The position numbers were made by a program, and so were the translations under genes. The notes under the pieces are model-generated. The model searched no databases and had not been told where the DNA came from. It saw only the letters and a list, made by a program, of their open reading frames with translations. Source: Octopus bimaculoides (Eukaryota). Taken from it: a stretch of 64,000 bases of DNA. The stretch is from positions 19,294,321 through 19,358,320 of the forward strand of contig NC_069001.1 in NCBI RefSeq assembly GCF_001194135.2, given 5' to 3'. How positions within the stretch are numbered: the first letter of the stretch is position 1; each line of letters starts with the position of its first letter. This document shows positions 48,931 to 62,555 of this stretch, piece after piece.

Positions 48931-50209
48931 TCAGGTTGAGTGAAAATTAAGCAATGTTTTGAACCATGAAGAATTTCTACCAGATTTTTGAAGAGTTTTG
49001 AATTTTTTTTTAAACATTTTTTTTTTTTTGCAATTGTCTGATAATATAGACATAGACTTTCCCAAATGCATCAATAAATTAACATTGATTTTTTTTTTTT
49101 CACCATTGTTACAATCATCTGAAATGGAACTGTCAGAGTGTGATATTTGAGCAACTTTGCTCTTCAACTTCAAAAAAGGATGTAAAGCAGCTGAAACTGC
49201 TTGCGATATCAACAAAACATTTGGTGAAGAAATGACCAGTGAGTGGTCAGCTCGAAAATGGTTTAAATGATTTCACAGTAGAGACCTGAGCCTTGAAGAT
49301 CATGAGCATAGTGGGCGGCCATCTGTCATCGATGATGGTCAATTAAAGACCGCCATTGAGAAAGATCCATGTAAAACCAATCAAGAACTGGCAAAAGAAC
49401 TTCTGCCTGCAACCATTTGCATGTGATCAGAAAACCAAAAAAGCTTGACAAATAGGTACCACATGATTTGAATGAAAATCAGAAAATGCAGATATGAAAT
49501 TTGCTCGTCACTTCTTCTCCATAACCAGACTGATCCATTTCTCAGCCATGTTGTAACTTGTAATGAAACGTTACAACAATAATAAAAAATAATACAATAA
49601 TAAAAAATGCTCTTTGTGGTGGCTGGACCAAAATGAAGCATCAAAAACCTTCCCTAAATCCAAGTTCTTCAAAAGAAGGTTATGGTAACTGTTTGGTGGT
49701 GAACTGCTGGACTCATCCACTATAACTTCTTAAAACCCAGAAAAACCATTACTGCAGAAACATATTGACATGAAATTACCAGAATGAATGAAAAAGTGCT
49801 ACTCCTCTATCCCACACTGGTCAACAGAAGAGGGCCAATCATTCTTCATGACAATGCTCAACCACATGTTTTACTAATGACACTCCAGAAGTTGAGGGAA
49901 TTTGGCTACGGAGTTCTTCCCTACCCAGCTTATTCCCCAGACCTTTCTCTTACCAACTACCACTTTTTCAAGCACTTTGATAATTTCCTTTGAGAGGAGT
50001 TCAAAAATCAAACCAATGCTGAAAGTGCGTCCAAAGAGTTCATCAGCTCCAGATTTTTATGTTACCAAAATAAACAAACTTGTAACTCATTAGCAAAAAT
50101 GTGTTGATTGTAATGGTACTTACTTTGATGAATAAAATTTCCTCATTGTTGAAATATATTGTGATGAATTCCATATTTCAAAATATCGTTTACTTTTTAC
50201 TCAGCCTAA
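48931..50209 (+). mobile_element. Mariner DNA transposon, full length, decayed
   Basis: TA|TCAGGTTGAGTGAAAATTAAGC... and ...TTTACTTTTTACTCAGCCTAA|TA; MELSECDI..FKKG..AAET..SGRPS; LHDNAQPH; YPAYSPDLS.TNYHFF. Confidence 0.9.
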
Positions 50210-50694
50210 TATATATGTATATTCTATTCTATCCTACTTTATTTTTGTTCTACTTTTATTTTTTATTTTTATTTTATTTCATATTCTTATATCTTTTATC
50301 TTTATTTTTATTGTATTTTACTTTTTATTTTATTCTAGCTTATTATTTTACTTTATTTTTTATTATATTCAAATTAATCTGTTAACCCTCATGCACACAC
50401 AAAAACAAAAATAAAATAACTCCATATATTTAGTCTACTGATATGAACTAAGAGGTTACCATGTAATCTGAGCACATGAGAGACACACACATACATATAA
50501 AATATATAAATACATATAAATTTATTAATAAGGGTAGAAATTGATATTAATCAATTAAAACCAGTGGTCTAGCATATTAAAAAAATCCGGAAATTAAAAT
50601 TATATTACATACAAAAATAAGAGGAATGGCCAGCAAAAGTGGATTCCTATATGCTAGAAATAGATGCCGATAAAAATCTATATATAGAAATCCG

Positions 50695-51580
50695 TCATGG
50701 TTTTCAACCAGGCAGAAGCTGCCTGACACAGCTTTTACAGCACTATGACTGAGTATTAAAGCAGCTCCTCAACAACTCAAATGTGGGCATGATATATCTT
50801 GTCTTTGCAAAATCCTTTGATAAAGTCAACCATGGTATATGTTACAAACAGCATAGTATCAGCATAGTTGAAAAACTTCAAGAGAGGCTACATGACTTTC
50901 TAAAAGATAGAAATCAGGTAGCAGTAGCCAATGGGGCTATCTCCAAGGAGATGCAAATAATCAGTGGTATCCCACAGGACACTGTCTTGGGAGCAATGCT
51001 ATTCATAGTGGCCCTCTCAGATGATCTCAGCTGCTCAGAAAGCCACCCTTGCTAGCTATAGAAACAATACAAAAGTCTCTCAGAGGATACAGAACCCCGA
51101 AGATCTTGTGCACCTGCAACAGGATTGGGACACAATATACAGGTAGGTTGAGAACAATAACATGCAGTTCAATGCTGGAAAATTCCAAGCCCTGCACTAC
51201 CAACACACGAAGCTGAATGAAATACACAAAGGATATACTGCCCCAGGAGGGATTGCCATCCCTGAATCAAAATCAGTGCATGACCTGGGCATTGACATGA
51301 GCAATGATGCATCTTTCCAGGTGCATATTACTGAGTTGGCAATAAAATGCAAGCAGCTGGAAGGATGGATCCTTAGAACTTTCAGAACAAGAGAACAGGA
51401 AACCATGATGGTTCCCTGAAGGATATTTGTCCTCAGCTGTTTAGACTACTGCACCCAACTATGGCCACCACAGAGTGTAAAATTAACAGTGGATCTGAAA
51501 GTAAGCCAGTGAAGCTACACAAAGATTATCTCAATGCGACATGTCAGCAACTGGGAAAGACTGAAAAGGCTGAGACTCTA
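50695..51580 (+). mobile_element. CR1-clade LINE RT fragment
   Basis: HGFQPGRSCLTQLL, IYLVFAKSFDKVNH, SGIPQDTVLG, MQFNAGKF, DLGI, LDYCTQLWPP. Confidence 0.8.
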
Positions 51581-51746
51581 CTCCCTAGAATGAAGGTAGG
51601 AAAGATATGCAGTAATATACATATGCAGGTTTCAAGTAGTGAAAGTGTAACAAAGATAACAGTAGTACCCCAGCATGGCTACAGTTCTCGAGCTAAAACT
51701 AATAAAGGAAAAAAAATACACACACACATCTACATGCATATATATA

Positions 51747-53020
51747 TGAGGGTCAACTGAAAAGTTCATAGGCTGACCAAGATATTCTTATGGACCAAAT
51801 GAGGTTTATTTTTCAACATAGTCCCCCTTGCAATCCATACACTTCTTCCATCAGTATTACAGTGCTTGGATCCCACTGGTGAAGAAGCTTTCATCTTGTT
51901 GCTCAAAAAAGTCATCAATAACAGAAAGGATGTCATCATCACAGCAACAATGGGTCCCAACCAAGTGTTTATTCATGTTGAGGAACAGATGATAGTTGGA
52001 TCCAAATCAGGAGAATAGGGTGATTGATCAATCAGTTCAAAGCCACAGTCACACACAACAGCCATTGGAACCAAGGAGTTGTATGCTGGAACATTTTCCT
52101 GATGAAACAAGACTCCTTTTGTCAATATTCCTGGGTGTTTGGTCGTGATAGGCTTTCATAACTGCCTCAGTAAGTTGGCAAAGTACTCTCCATTGATAAT
52201 GTGGCCCTTTTGAAGATAGTCAATAAACACAATGCCTTTTACATTCCAAAAAACTGACACCATCACCTTCCCTGCAGAAGAATCGATCTTGGCCTTCTTT
52301 GGAGCAGGTGAGGAGGGGTGTTTCCAATGCATGGATTGTCTCTTTGTCTCTGTCTCACTCAAAGTGATGAACCCAACACTCATCCTGTGCCAGGAAACAT
52401 TCAAAGAAACCAAATGGATCTGCCTCAAATAATGTCAGATTTTCCCGTGATGTAGTCAGCCTGATGAGTTTTTGATTAGGTGAGGCACATGACACCACCC
52501 ATCAAGCAGAAACCTTCATCATGCCAAGTTCATTGTGCAGAATATTCTCAACTTTCTCACAGGATATGCTAATAGCATTGGCTATTTGATTTATAGTCAA
52601 TCGCCTGTCATTCATCACCATGTAATGAACACGCTCAATGTTTTTCTCAGCGGTGGCAGTTGCAGGATGTCTAGACCTTGAATCATCTTCAAAACTCTCC
52701 CTTTCCCTCCTAAATTCAGCTGCCCACTTTTGCACTGTTGGTAAAGCTGGAGCATTATCCCCAAGTGTAGCAACCATGTCAGCATGAATGTCTTTGGAGG
52801 CTAAACCCTTTTTCTGCAGGTACTTGATAACACTGTGATGCCAAATTTTGTCCATTTTCAAGAGAAGTCACTACTAGTTACTTCTGAAATCTTCTTTGAA
52901 CAGTCAGATGTGAGTTTACCTGGAAAGAAACAATGCAGTTATTAATAAGTACATTTGAAATTAACGCATGCAAGATTTCACATCTCTAGCATCCCACCTT
53001 CATAGTCAGCCTATGAACAT
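51747..53020 (-). mobile_element. Mariner DNA transposon, decayed
   Basis: TIR TA|TGAGGGTCAACTGAAAAGTTCATAGGCTGAC at the left and partial GTCAGCCTATGAAC at 53005-53018. Transposase MKMDKIWHHSVIKYLQKKG.., SAGKVMVSVFW, IDYLQKGHIING. Confidence 0.9.
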
Positions 53021-53053
53021 TGAGCCCACCCACACACATAAACAAAACATACA

Positions 53054-53091
<38 letters not shown>

Positions 53092-53460
53092 TATACTTAT
53101 GCATACATATAAATAAATGCAGAGAAACACATATTCTCTCATATATAAACACACACAGACATATATCCACTAATTCATACATGCATAAAAATGTGTAAAA
53201 GTCCATACACTTATACATAAACACATATGTATGGACTTATTTTTATAAATATTTATAGATGTATGAGTTAGTGTATATGTCTGTTGTGTGCATGTGTGTG
53301 AATTTATTTGTGTTTATATTTATATGTATAAACATATACGCATCTATGTGAACGCATGTTTTATATACCTATACATATGTTTGTAAGTATTTGTATATGC
53401 ATTTACATATTTTATATGCATGTGTATATATCGTGTACTCAAGTTTATGTGTGCATATAT

Positions 53461-53535
53461 ATCATCATCATCATCGTTTAACGTCCGCTTTCCATGCTAG
53501 CATGGGTTGGACGATTTGACTGAGGACTGGTGAAA
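53461..53535 (-). mobile_element. Extreme 3' end of an RTE LINE (or RTE-tailed SINE)
   Basis: ATCATCATCATCATCGTTTAACGTCCGCTTTCCATGCTAGCATGGGTTGGACGATTTGACTGAGGA, essentially identical to 35256-35318. Confidence 0.75.
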
Positions 53536-53555
53536 TATATATATATATATATATG

Positions 53556-54816
53556 CTAGCAGCTAAGCCTGGTTTCACCCGGTCAGAGAACGACGCGAAG
53601 AGAGAAACGAAGACATAAAAAAGAGGAAGAAGTGGATACGAAGTGGTGTTTGAGCGACAGATCTTGATAGAAAAAAAAAGAATGTCATGGTGAGTTAGTA
53701 AGGAGAGCAAAGCAAGACTGGACTTATGTGGGCTGGTAGGACGATGAAAAAATTGCGGAGTTGAAATTGAAGCAGTTGAAGTTGCCGTTGTTATCATTGG
53801 AGTGCCTCTTTGNNNNNNNNNNNNNNNNNNNNNNNNNNNNNNNNNNNNNNNNNNNNNNNNNNNNNNNNNNNNNNNNNNNNNNNNNNNNNNNNNNNNNNNN
53901 NNNNNNNNNNNNNNNNNNNNNNNNNNNNNNNNNNNNNNNNNNNNNNNNNNNNNNNNNNNNNNNNNNNNNNNNNNNNNNNNNNNNNNNNNNNNNNNNNNNN
54001 NNNNNNNNNNNNNNNNNNNNNNNNNNNNNNNNNNNNNNNNNNNNNNNNNNNNNNNNNNNNNNNNNNNNNNNNNNNNNNNNNNNNNNNNNNNNNNNNNNNN
54101 NNNNNNNNNNNNNNNNNNNNNNNNNNNNNNNNNNNNNNNNNNNNNNNNNNNNNNNNNNNNNNNNNNNNNNNNNNNNNNNNNNNNNNNNNNNNNNNNNNNN
54201 NNNNNNNNNNNNNNNNNNNNNNNNNNNNNNNNNNNNNNNNNNNNNNNNNNNNNNNNNNNNNNNNNNNNNNNNNNNNNNNNNNNNNNNNNNNNNNNNNNNN
54301 NNNNNNNNNNNNNNNNNNNNNNNNNNNNNNNNNNNNNNNNNNNNNNNNNNNNNNNNNNNNNNNNNNNNNNNNNNNNNNNNNNNNNNNNNNNNNNNNNNNN
54401 NNNNNNNNNNNNNNNNNNNNNNNNNNNNNNNNNNNNNNNNNNNNNNNNNNNNNNNNNNNNNNNNNNNNNNNNNNNNNNNNNNNNNNNNNNNNNNNNNNNN
54501 NNNNNNNNNNNNNNNNNNNNNNNNNNNNNNNNNNNNNNNNNNNNNNNNNNNNNNNNNNNNNNNNNNNNNNNNNNNNNNNNNNNNNNNNNNNNNNNNNNNN
54601 NNNNNNNNNNNNNNNNNNNNNNNNNNNNNNNNNNNNNNNNNNNNNNNNNNNNNNNNNNNNNNNNNNNNNNNNNNNNNNNNNNNNNNNNNNNNNNNNNNNN
54701 NNNNNNNGTATGCAAGAAGTTAAAATTTTTTTTTTGACTAAAACACAACCGGGACCCTAAGTAAGGCATGTGTAAAGTTTGAATGAAATTGGTTGTGTAG
54801 TTCTGGAGTTTTAGGG

Positions 54817-54865
<49 letters not shown>

Positions 54866-54887
54866 TTCTCAATTTTATATATAGATA
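53556..54887 (-). mobile_element. Non-autonomous Helitron (mostly N gap)
   Basis: Minus strand starts A|TCTATATATATAAAATTGAGAATG followed by (TG)n, and ends with hairpin CCGGGTGAAACCAGG then CTTAGCTGCTAG. Confidence 0.65.
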
Positions 54888-55347
54888 GATATCCAGCAAA
54901 GCAGCTAGTTCTAAAATTTCTATACGAGATGCAAGTAGTAACTCTACTGAAAAGTAATGGTTGTTACTATCTCAACAAGGTTATTCTATACAGAACACTG
55001 TTTCTACTCTTTTTAACTCCAGGAAGGCATCTCCTCCAGCTGGTTAATGACACAGTATCTGTGTCTGTTAAAGTGCAAACAAGGGAGCAAACAACTCCCA
55101 TCTAGCGGTGACAGGAATCAATAGACTAGCTAGTTTCTGGGTATAACCCTTCTTTGTTAGTACTGGTTAAAACTGTCTGCTAGACATGGCAATCATTCAT
55201 CCCAGTTTGCAATATACAAATAAATAAGCAACACAATTCAACATTAAATCCATCCCCCAGAAACACTGTTGCAACTACATTAGCATACACCAGACGTGCT
55301 CAAGCACATACATATTGGTAGCATGCATATGCATATATATATGTATA

Positions 55348-55379
<32 letters not shown>

Positions 55380-55736
55380 ACCTGGTTCCTGTTTAATAAT
55401 GATTTTTTTAGGTGATTTTAAATGTCTTGCCCGCTCACGTTTTTGGTATGCTGCTATATTTCATGTTGAGAACTTTTTAGGTCTTAATAGACACAAAATG
55501 TGATCTATTTCTAGCGCATTAATTGTCCACGTTAGTGGTCGACGTTATTTTTAAAATGTACCTTAATCCCCTGAGATTGCAGATAATATTTCTGAATCTC
55601 TTTGATTCTTTAAATGTGCTGGCCCCCTGNNNNNNNNNNNNNNNNNNNNNNNNNNNNNNNNNNNNNNNNNNNNNNNNNNNNNNNNNNNNNNNNNNNNNNN
55701 NNNNNNNNNNNNNNNNNNNNNNNNNNNNNNNNNNNN

Positions 55737-55801
<65 letters not shown>

Positions 55802-56533
55802 TGTTCAGCCAGATAAATACACACACATTCATACATATACATACAAATACAGGAATGTACATACTCACATTCACCTAACATCTATATGCACACACACATC
55901 CAAAACATGTCCATGCACACAGCAGACACTAATACACACACACACACTCACACACAAAACTGGTACATATGCAGCTGATATGCACAGCTGATACACCCAC
56001 ACCCACATGTACACAGACCCTAGCAAACACGCACATACAAACCGAGTTGATGCCATCAGCTCTCACATGCCAACTTATATGCACATGCATCCACACACAC
56101 ATAGCAGATACACATGTATAGCTACATCTAAGTACTCATACAGCTGGTATACATACACATACACCCTTGCTGACCATAGATTTGATGTCACCCAAGTCTC
56201 TTCAAAAACCAGCCAGACAGCAAGGTACTACCAGCTTCCCATCCAGCCACATGGTTCAAGAAATTTTCCTTTTTAATGCATTTACTGTTGCTGAAATTTC
56301 TATTCTACTTCTAATAACACTATGTGACCCACCTTCATGGGCAGCCCAGGTTCCAGTAATCATCTTGGGTTTCCTGCACCTCTCCATTCGACTGCATGTG
56401 CCTGATGAACTAGGTTTCTGTAAGAGCCTTTGAAACTTTAAGTTTCATGGGGCCAATCAAACTATTTTAATTAATAATATATAACTCCCTTCATCCTTAT
56501 TTTAATAAATACATATACAAGAATATATATATA

Positions 56534-56560
56534 CTAGTGAGACCTGTGGAAACTCCACAG
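56534..56560 (-). mobile_element. Helitron 3' terminus
   Basis: Minus strand CTGTGGA GTT TCCACAG (perfect 7-bp hairpin) GTCTCA CTAG|T. The 5' end was not located. Confidence 0.55.
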
Positions 56561-58034
56561 AACAAAAAGGATTAAGAGAAGCTATTTAAGAAAGAAAGGA
56601 TAATTTTTAAATTCTTATTTTTTGAAATTATTTCACTTCCAGTCACGATAATATATTATATGATTTTAAAATTTCCCCCTGCTAAGCACTTTATATTTCT
56701 CTCTTTCTCTCTACCTCTTCAACAAACTTTTTAACTATATAATTCCCCTCTTCATGTCTTTAACATTTCTCTTTCTCTTCACCTTGCCCTCTCTACCCTT
56801 CAGCACATCATTAACACTTCTTTCTCCCACTTTTCTCTCACTCTTCACCTCTCCTTTCAACTAACCACATGATGCATTTCATCTTAGTGCATTATTATAC
56901 TGTGGGTCTGAGGTCTCCCACTCCCCTCAGTCATGACCAGGTCATCGGCGACTAGACCGGCTCCCCTCTTGGTTCAGCTAGCTGGATCTTGGAGGAGGGT
57001 GTGAAGGCACTCATCAGAACTAAAAACAAGATCTGTTCAAACAAGGGCACAGGAGCGTTGTCCTTGTCCCTCACCACACCAAACTAAGACTCCAATGGTG
57101 GATCAAGCAGAGGAAGCTAGATCTCCAAACTCAATGATTGATCCTAGCAGAAGAGGGCGATGCCAGTTGGACTGGCTAGAAAGATGCAACTCTAATGACA
57201 CTAGAGCTAGTGGCATTCCATTGCAACCCATATTCTGGACCTCGCATGTCATTCTAGGTAGTGCCACAGCAGAAGGATTTTGGGTCATAGTACGTGAGGA
57301 CCCCCTTGGCAAGGAGATCTCCACCCTAAACAAAATCTCACCATTGTCTAGTTTCTTTCTGATCCAACTTTTCCCCCCAACTCTTCCTTTTTTGTTTTAC
57401 AAAAGCCCAACAGCAATGGGGTAAGTATGATGAGAGCAGGTTCTGGTGAAACTAGAAGCCCCTAGTCCAGACCTGTACATTGGCAGCAGATGCAAGATGA
57501 TTGCCTTCCTAGGACCTGGTGACAACTCAGGGACTCAGTCCTACATCTGCAACTGGGCAGGCCTATTTGGGAACACCGCTGCTCACCGTGAATGGGGAAG
57601 GCCCTATTATTACACTTCTCTCTTCTTGCTTTTCTGCTCACATTTCTCCTCCTCCTCCTCCTCTCTCTCTCTTTCTCTTGCACTTTTACTCCACCTTTCA
57701 TTCACTCCACTTCCACCTCTCTAACTAACTAAAGTATAATAGGTGAATAAGCAAGCAGATTATTATATACACACACAGACACACATACACGTACACTATA
57801 CATTATGAAATATAATATGTAGTGTATGTGAATCAATACAAACTGATACTAGACATTATCAGCATCAACAGGTCCCAGTGATATCCCACGATCCCCAGTC
57901 TTTTTGTAGATATGATATATCTCAGAAATTATTCAGTTTATCTTTTTTTTTTAAGGCTGTAGCAAGTGACTTGAGATTTGGCTGCTTTTTCCAGCAAGAT
58001 AAGAGATCACGTTGGTTCACATTATGTGCATATA

Positions 58035-59233
58035 CAGGGGTTGGACAAAATAATGGAAACACCTAGCATAATAATTTTGAAATACCTATAAAACTGTCAA
58101 AAGCTTATTTTTATGTTTTTTGATTTATTATTAGCGTTGCTTAATATGTTTTGCTAAAATTGCTGTTTCTTTTCAGATATCATCAGAAAAAGGTAATTAA
58201 AATGACAGATCTATCGGACTTTCAAAGAGGTCAAATTATTGGTGCTCATATGGCAGGCACTAGTGTAACAAAAACAGCCGAAATGTTTGGTGTATCAAGA
58301 AGTACTGTCTTGAAAGTAATGACAGCCTTTGAGAAAGAGAGGAAAAACCTCCTTGTCAAAACAAAACTCCGGAAGAAAACCAAAACTTTCAGATAGGGAC
58401 CATCAAAATTGCTGCAGAGCTTAATGACCATCTCAAGAACTCAGTATCCACAAAAACTGTTCGCCGGGAGCTGCACAAAGCTGGATTTCACAGGAGGGCT
58501 GCAACCAGAAAACCACTACTTTCAAAAACATACATTGCAAAACGTTTAGCGTGGAGTAAAAACCCATAGAGTTGGTCCCTAGAGCAAGAATGTTATTTTC
58601 TCAAACGAGTCATCCTTTACCTTATTTCTGACCACCGGCCAAGTATACATGAGGAGACAGCCAAAGGAATCATTTGACCCAGACTGCCTTCTTCCAACTG
58701 TTAAACATGGAGGAGGATCTGTGATGATCTGGGGTGCTATATCTTGGAAATCTGCCGGCCCAATGGTTTCCCTTCATGGCAGAATTAATAGTCAAGACTA
58801 TTTAAGCATTTTATCTGATCAAATTCATCCTATGGTTGCGGAACTGTTTCTGGAGGGAAACGCAATCTTTCAGGATGATAATGCACCAAATCACATAGCT
58901 AAAGTTGCTACTGAATGGCACAAGGAACATTCTAGTAAAGTTGAACATTTTATCTGGCCACCACAGTCCCCAGATCTCAATATTATTGAACATTTATGGT
59001 GCGTTTTAGAAAAACAAGTAAGGAGGCGATATCCTCCACCATCATCACTACAAGAACTGGGGACTGTTTTAACTGAAGGATGGACAAAAATTCCTTTGGA
59101 AATAATTCAAACTTTGTATGAGTCGATACCTCATAGAATTGAAGCTGTAATTACTGCCAAAGCAGTCCTACCCTATATTAAAATAAATTTGTTTGAAATT
59201 TTAAGGTGTTTCCATTATTTTGTCCAACTCCTT
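58035..59233 (+). mobile_element. Tc1 (DD34E) DNA transposon, full length, with frameshifts
   Basis: TA|CAGGGGTTGGACAAAATAATGGAAACACCT and AGGTGTTTCCATTATTTTGTCCAACTCCTT|TA; MTDLSDFQRGQIIGA.., VKHGGGSVMIWGAI, QDDNAPNH, SPDLNIIEHLW. Confidence 0.93.
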
Positions 59234-59240
59234 TATTTTT

Positions 59241-61109
59241 GCCTCAACAGTCATGGCCCATGTTTTACTGCCTTGTAGCATGGCAGTTCATACACAAGAG
59301 TCATACAGTCTACCTTTCACTCTGATTGAGTGACCCTTTGTTACCAGCAGAAGTAGGAGCTTTCTGAACTTTGCACAGGCTATTCTTATTCTAGTAGCAA
59401 CACTCTCAGAGGATCCACCTCCACTACAGACTTGGTCACTCAGGTAGTGGAAGCTATCAACTACTTCTGGTTTCTCTCCCTGGCATGTGATGGAATCTCT
59501 TTGCTGTACATCTTCAGCATTTATTGCCCCTGTGCATCTGCCACACACAAAAACTATCTTCCCATTTAACCTTCCTTTGATATTGCTGCACCTCTTATGT
59601 GTCCATAGCTTACACTGAGTACATTTTGTGGAGTTTCTACCTACACCTTTTTCTATAGATCAAGCAGGGCCATCTATCTGAAGGGGTTTGTGATCTGTCT
59701 GCCTTCCTACTTACTAGGACTTTGGTTTTTACTAGATTGACTTTAGTAGATTCACATGGTCAGAGATTTAGGGATATCCTCATTGAGAAATTTGATGAGA
59801 GGGAGGAGGAGGAGCTATAGACTTGTGACATAGAGGGCAACTGGAAATTCCTGTGTGACAGGTTACTGAGTGCCACAGACCAAATCTGTGGCTGGAGAAA
59901 AGTTCCTTCCAGACCTAGGGTAATGTGGTGGTGGAATAATACTGCAGAAGGGCCATTAGAGCAAAGAAACAGGCCTGGTAAACCTAGAAGAGTGAGGGTA
60001 GCAGGGAACTGCATCAGATAGCCAGAAGGGAAGCTAAGAGACAGATATATATATAGCCAAGGAAAAAGCAGAAAAGAGGAAGTTTGCCAATGTTCTGTGA
60101 CATGAGGATCAAAGAACTGAAGTATTTCAGATTGCAAGACAGTGTGTGAGAGAAGATTGTGATGTCACAGGAGAGAAATGTGTCTGCATGGATGATGGTG
60201 CACTAGCTTTTAATGATTCTGCAAAGAAAGAGGCTTGGAGATGCCATTATGAAAGACTGCTGAATGTGGAGAATGAATAGGAGGAGGAGAGCCTGCTAAA
60301 TGTTGACCCAATTGAGGGACCAACTACCTGAATCGACAGTACCCTGGTAGATAAAGCAATTAAGGATATGAAGACAGGGAAAGCCCCCGGCCCATCAGGA
60401 GTCACCACTGAGATGCTTAAAATATCTGGTGGTGTGGGTTATGGTCCAATCACCTGTATTGTAAATCAGGTAGTTCATGAAGGAGTCATACCCAATGACT
60501 AGTGTAGCAGCACCATAGTCAACTGCTACAAAAGTAAAGGTGATGCTTTAAATAGAAATAACAACAAGAGTATCAGATTGCTGGATCATGTGAGGAAGGT
60601 CATGGAGAGGGTCATAGCCCAACTAATTAGGGAGAGAGTTAGCCTGCATGGGATGCAGTTTGGTTTTGTGCCAGGTACAAGCACTATTGATACTATATTT
60701 CTGGTAAGGCAACTGCAGGAGAAATACCTAGCCAAAGATAAACCTCTGTATTCGGCTTTTGTTGACTTGGAGAAAGCCTTTGACAGGGTCTCCAGATCCC
60801 TTATCTGGTGGTCAATGTGGAAACTAGGGATAGATGAGTGGTTGGTAAGTGCTGCACAAGCCCTGTACAGGGATGCTGTCAGTAAGGTGAGGGTTGACAA
60901 CAAGTATAGTGAAAAATTCCAGGTAGAAGTAGGGGTTCACCAAGGATCAGTCCTCAGACTCCTCTTATTCATCATGGTCCTCCAGGCAATAACAGAGGAA
61001 TTCAAGACAGGATGCTCCTGGAGCTCCTCTATGCTCCTCCTTGCTCTAATAGCTGAGTCACTACCAGAACTAGAGATGATATTTCAAGTGTGGAAGCAAG
61101 GTCTAGAAT
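59241..61109. mobile_element. RTE LINE with an inverted 5' segment (59241-59755 minus; 59757-61109 plus)
   Basis: The plus piece ends at ...FQVWKQGLE; the minus piece starts at ES..KVNLVKTK, the immediately following consensus sequence as judged against the copy at 27950-28030. Confidence 0.8.
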
Positions 61110-62059
61110 GAAATAGTGCTGATAAATTAACCCATTGGCAAGCATACTAGTCCTATTTCTGATGCAAGCATGCTAGCTATACCATTTTTATAGTGTAATA
61201 AGCTGATTCTGCTGAGAAGGAGTGGGGAAGAGGAGGAAGATAGCTTTCCATATAGGATTCCAGTATAGAAGACTTCCAGTATAGTGGTGGGAGTGGGATA
61301 AGAGGACACACCACGAACAACCAAGCCGCATGGCTACATTATGATAGAGAGATAGTAATGAGGATGCAAAATTTATCTGTTCAACAGACCAAAATAAAAC
61401 TTCTATGAAACAAACAAAATGACACGAGATAAAAAGCTATACATGTTTTCAAAGGCAAAGACAACATGCTTTTACTAGAATTAATTAACTTAAATAATAT
61501 TTAATACTTAACTTTAGATATGGTAGAAACGCAAGTTGAAATTCAATAAAAAAAAATCTAATTTCGCTTATCTGAACATTTCTTCATTCACAACAGAGCA
61601 ATAATGGTTAAGTAATCCTGTGTGAGTTAGCAAAGCAAACAAGATGATATGAGAGGAATAACAAAAAATAAAAGCTGTCTAAATGGAAGTATAAAGTCAT
61701 GCTGACTTTGAATAATCGAGATACAGGGCTACACCATAACATATAAGTACAGTTAGGCTCGATATATATTTACATGGAACACAAAAAGTATAGAAGAAAA
61801 TATGTAATTTCTTAACTCAACAGCTGTTTCAGGGAGCCCAGGGAAACACAATAACCATAATAATTATAATTTGCAGATGAAGTGTGCAAAAAGTAATGGC
61901 TATGTAACCAGTAGTCACATGAAGAAATTACAATAAGTCTGACTCCCCTCATAAAGAGAAAGTTGGCAAATGCATTTCATATAGTAGTGGTAGCAAATAT
62001 AAATGGTTGAAGGGAGAGGAAGCAGAATGAAATCTTGGACACACACACACATATTCTGT

Positions 62060-62212
62060 GAAGGCATGAGGTTAGCATTTAGTGAGTTGGACTCACAATC
62101 ATAAGGTCATGGATTCAATTCTTGGACCTGTTAGGGTGTTGTGTCTCGAGTAAAACACTTCATTCCACATTGCATTAATCTACTTGGCTGAAAATGAATA
62201 CCAGCCAAGTAC
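62060..62212 (+). mobile_element. tRNA-derived SINE (5' part)
   Basis: GAAGGCATGAGGTTAG..TTGGACTCACAATCATAAGGTCATGGATTCAATTC (tRNA-like head) ..AAAACACTTCATTCCACATTGC. Confidence 0.55.
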
Positions 62213-62553
62213 AGGTGCAACTGTTTTTCCCTCTAACTTCTATCCTCAATGTTCTGCAGGGTTAAAAGGATGACGGGATATTCATATCTGCTCATGACTA
62301 CATAGGATCCTCAAAACAATTAGCAAATGCAGAGTATATGCCATCAGGTCATACTCACTGGTGGGTGAAGACACAGGTACGACTGTCTGGTTATTGACAC
62401 GGGCATAACTCTATAGGTAAAGAGTTCACTTTCTATCCATGTGATTTTGAATTCAGTCTCACTGTATAGCACAATGGACAGGTGTCTGTTACTGAACATT
62501 TGAATAATGCCTTGTGAGTGAATCTTGTTACAATATGTGTCTCTGTGCATGTG

Positions 62554-62555
<2 letters not shown>

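Noticed and set aside
56398-56450. CTGATGA...GAAAC motif on the plus strand
   Set aside because: GAAAC is locked in its own hairpin (GAAACTTTAAGTTTC), and no adjacent stem I can form.
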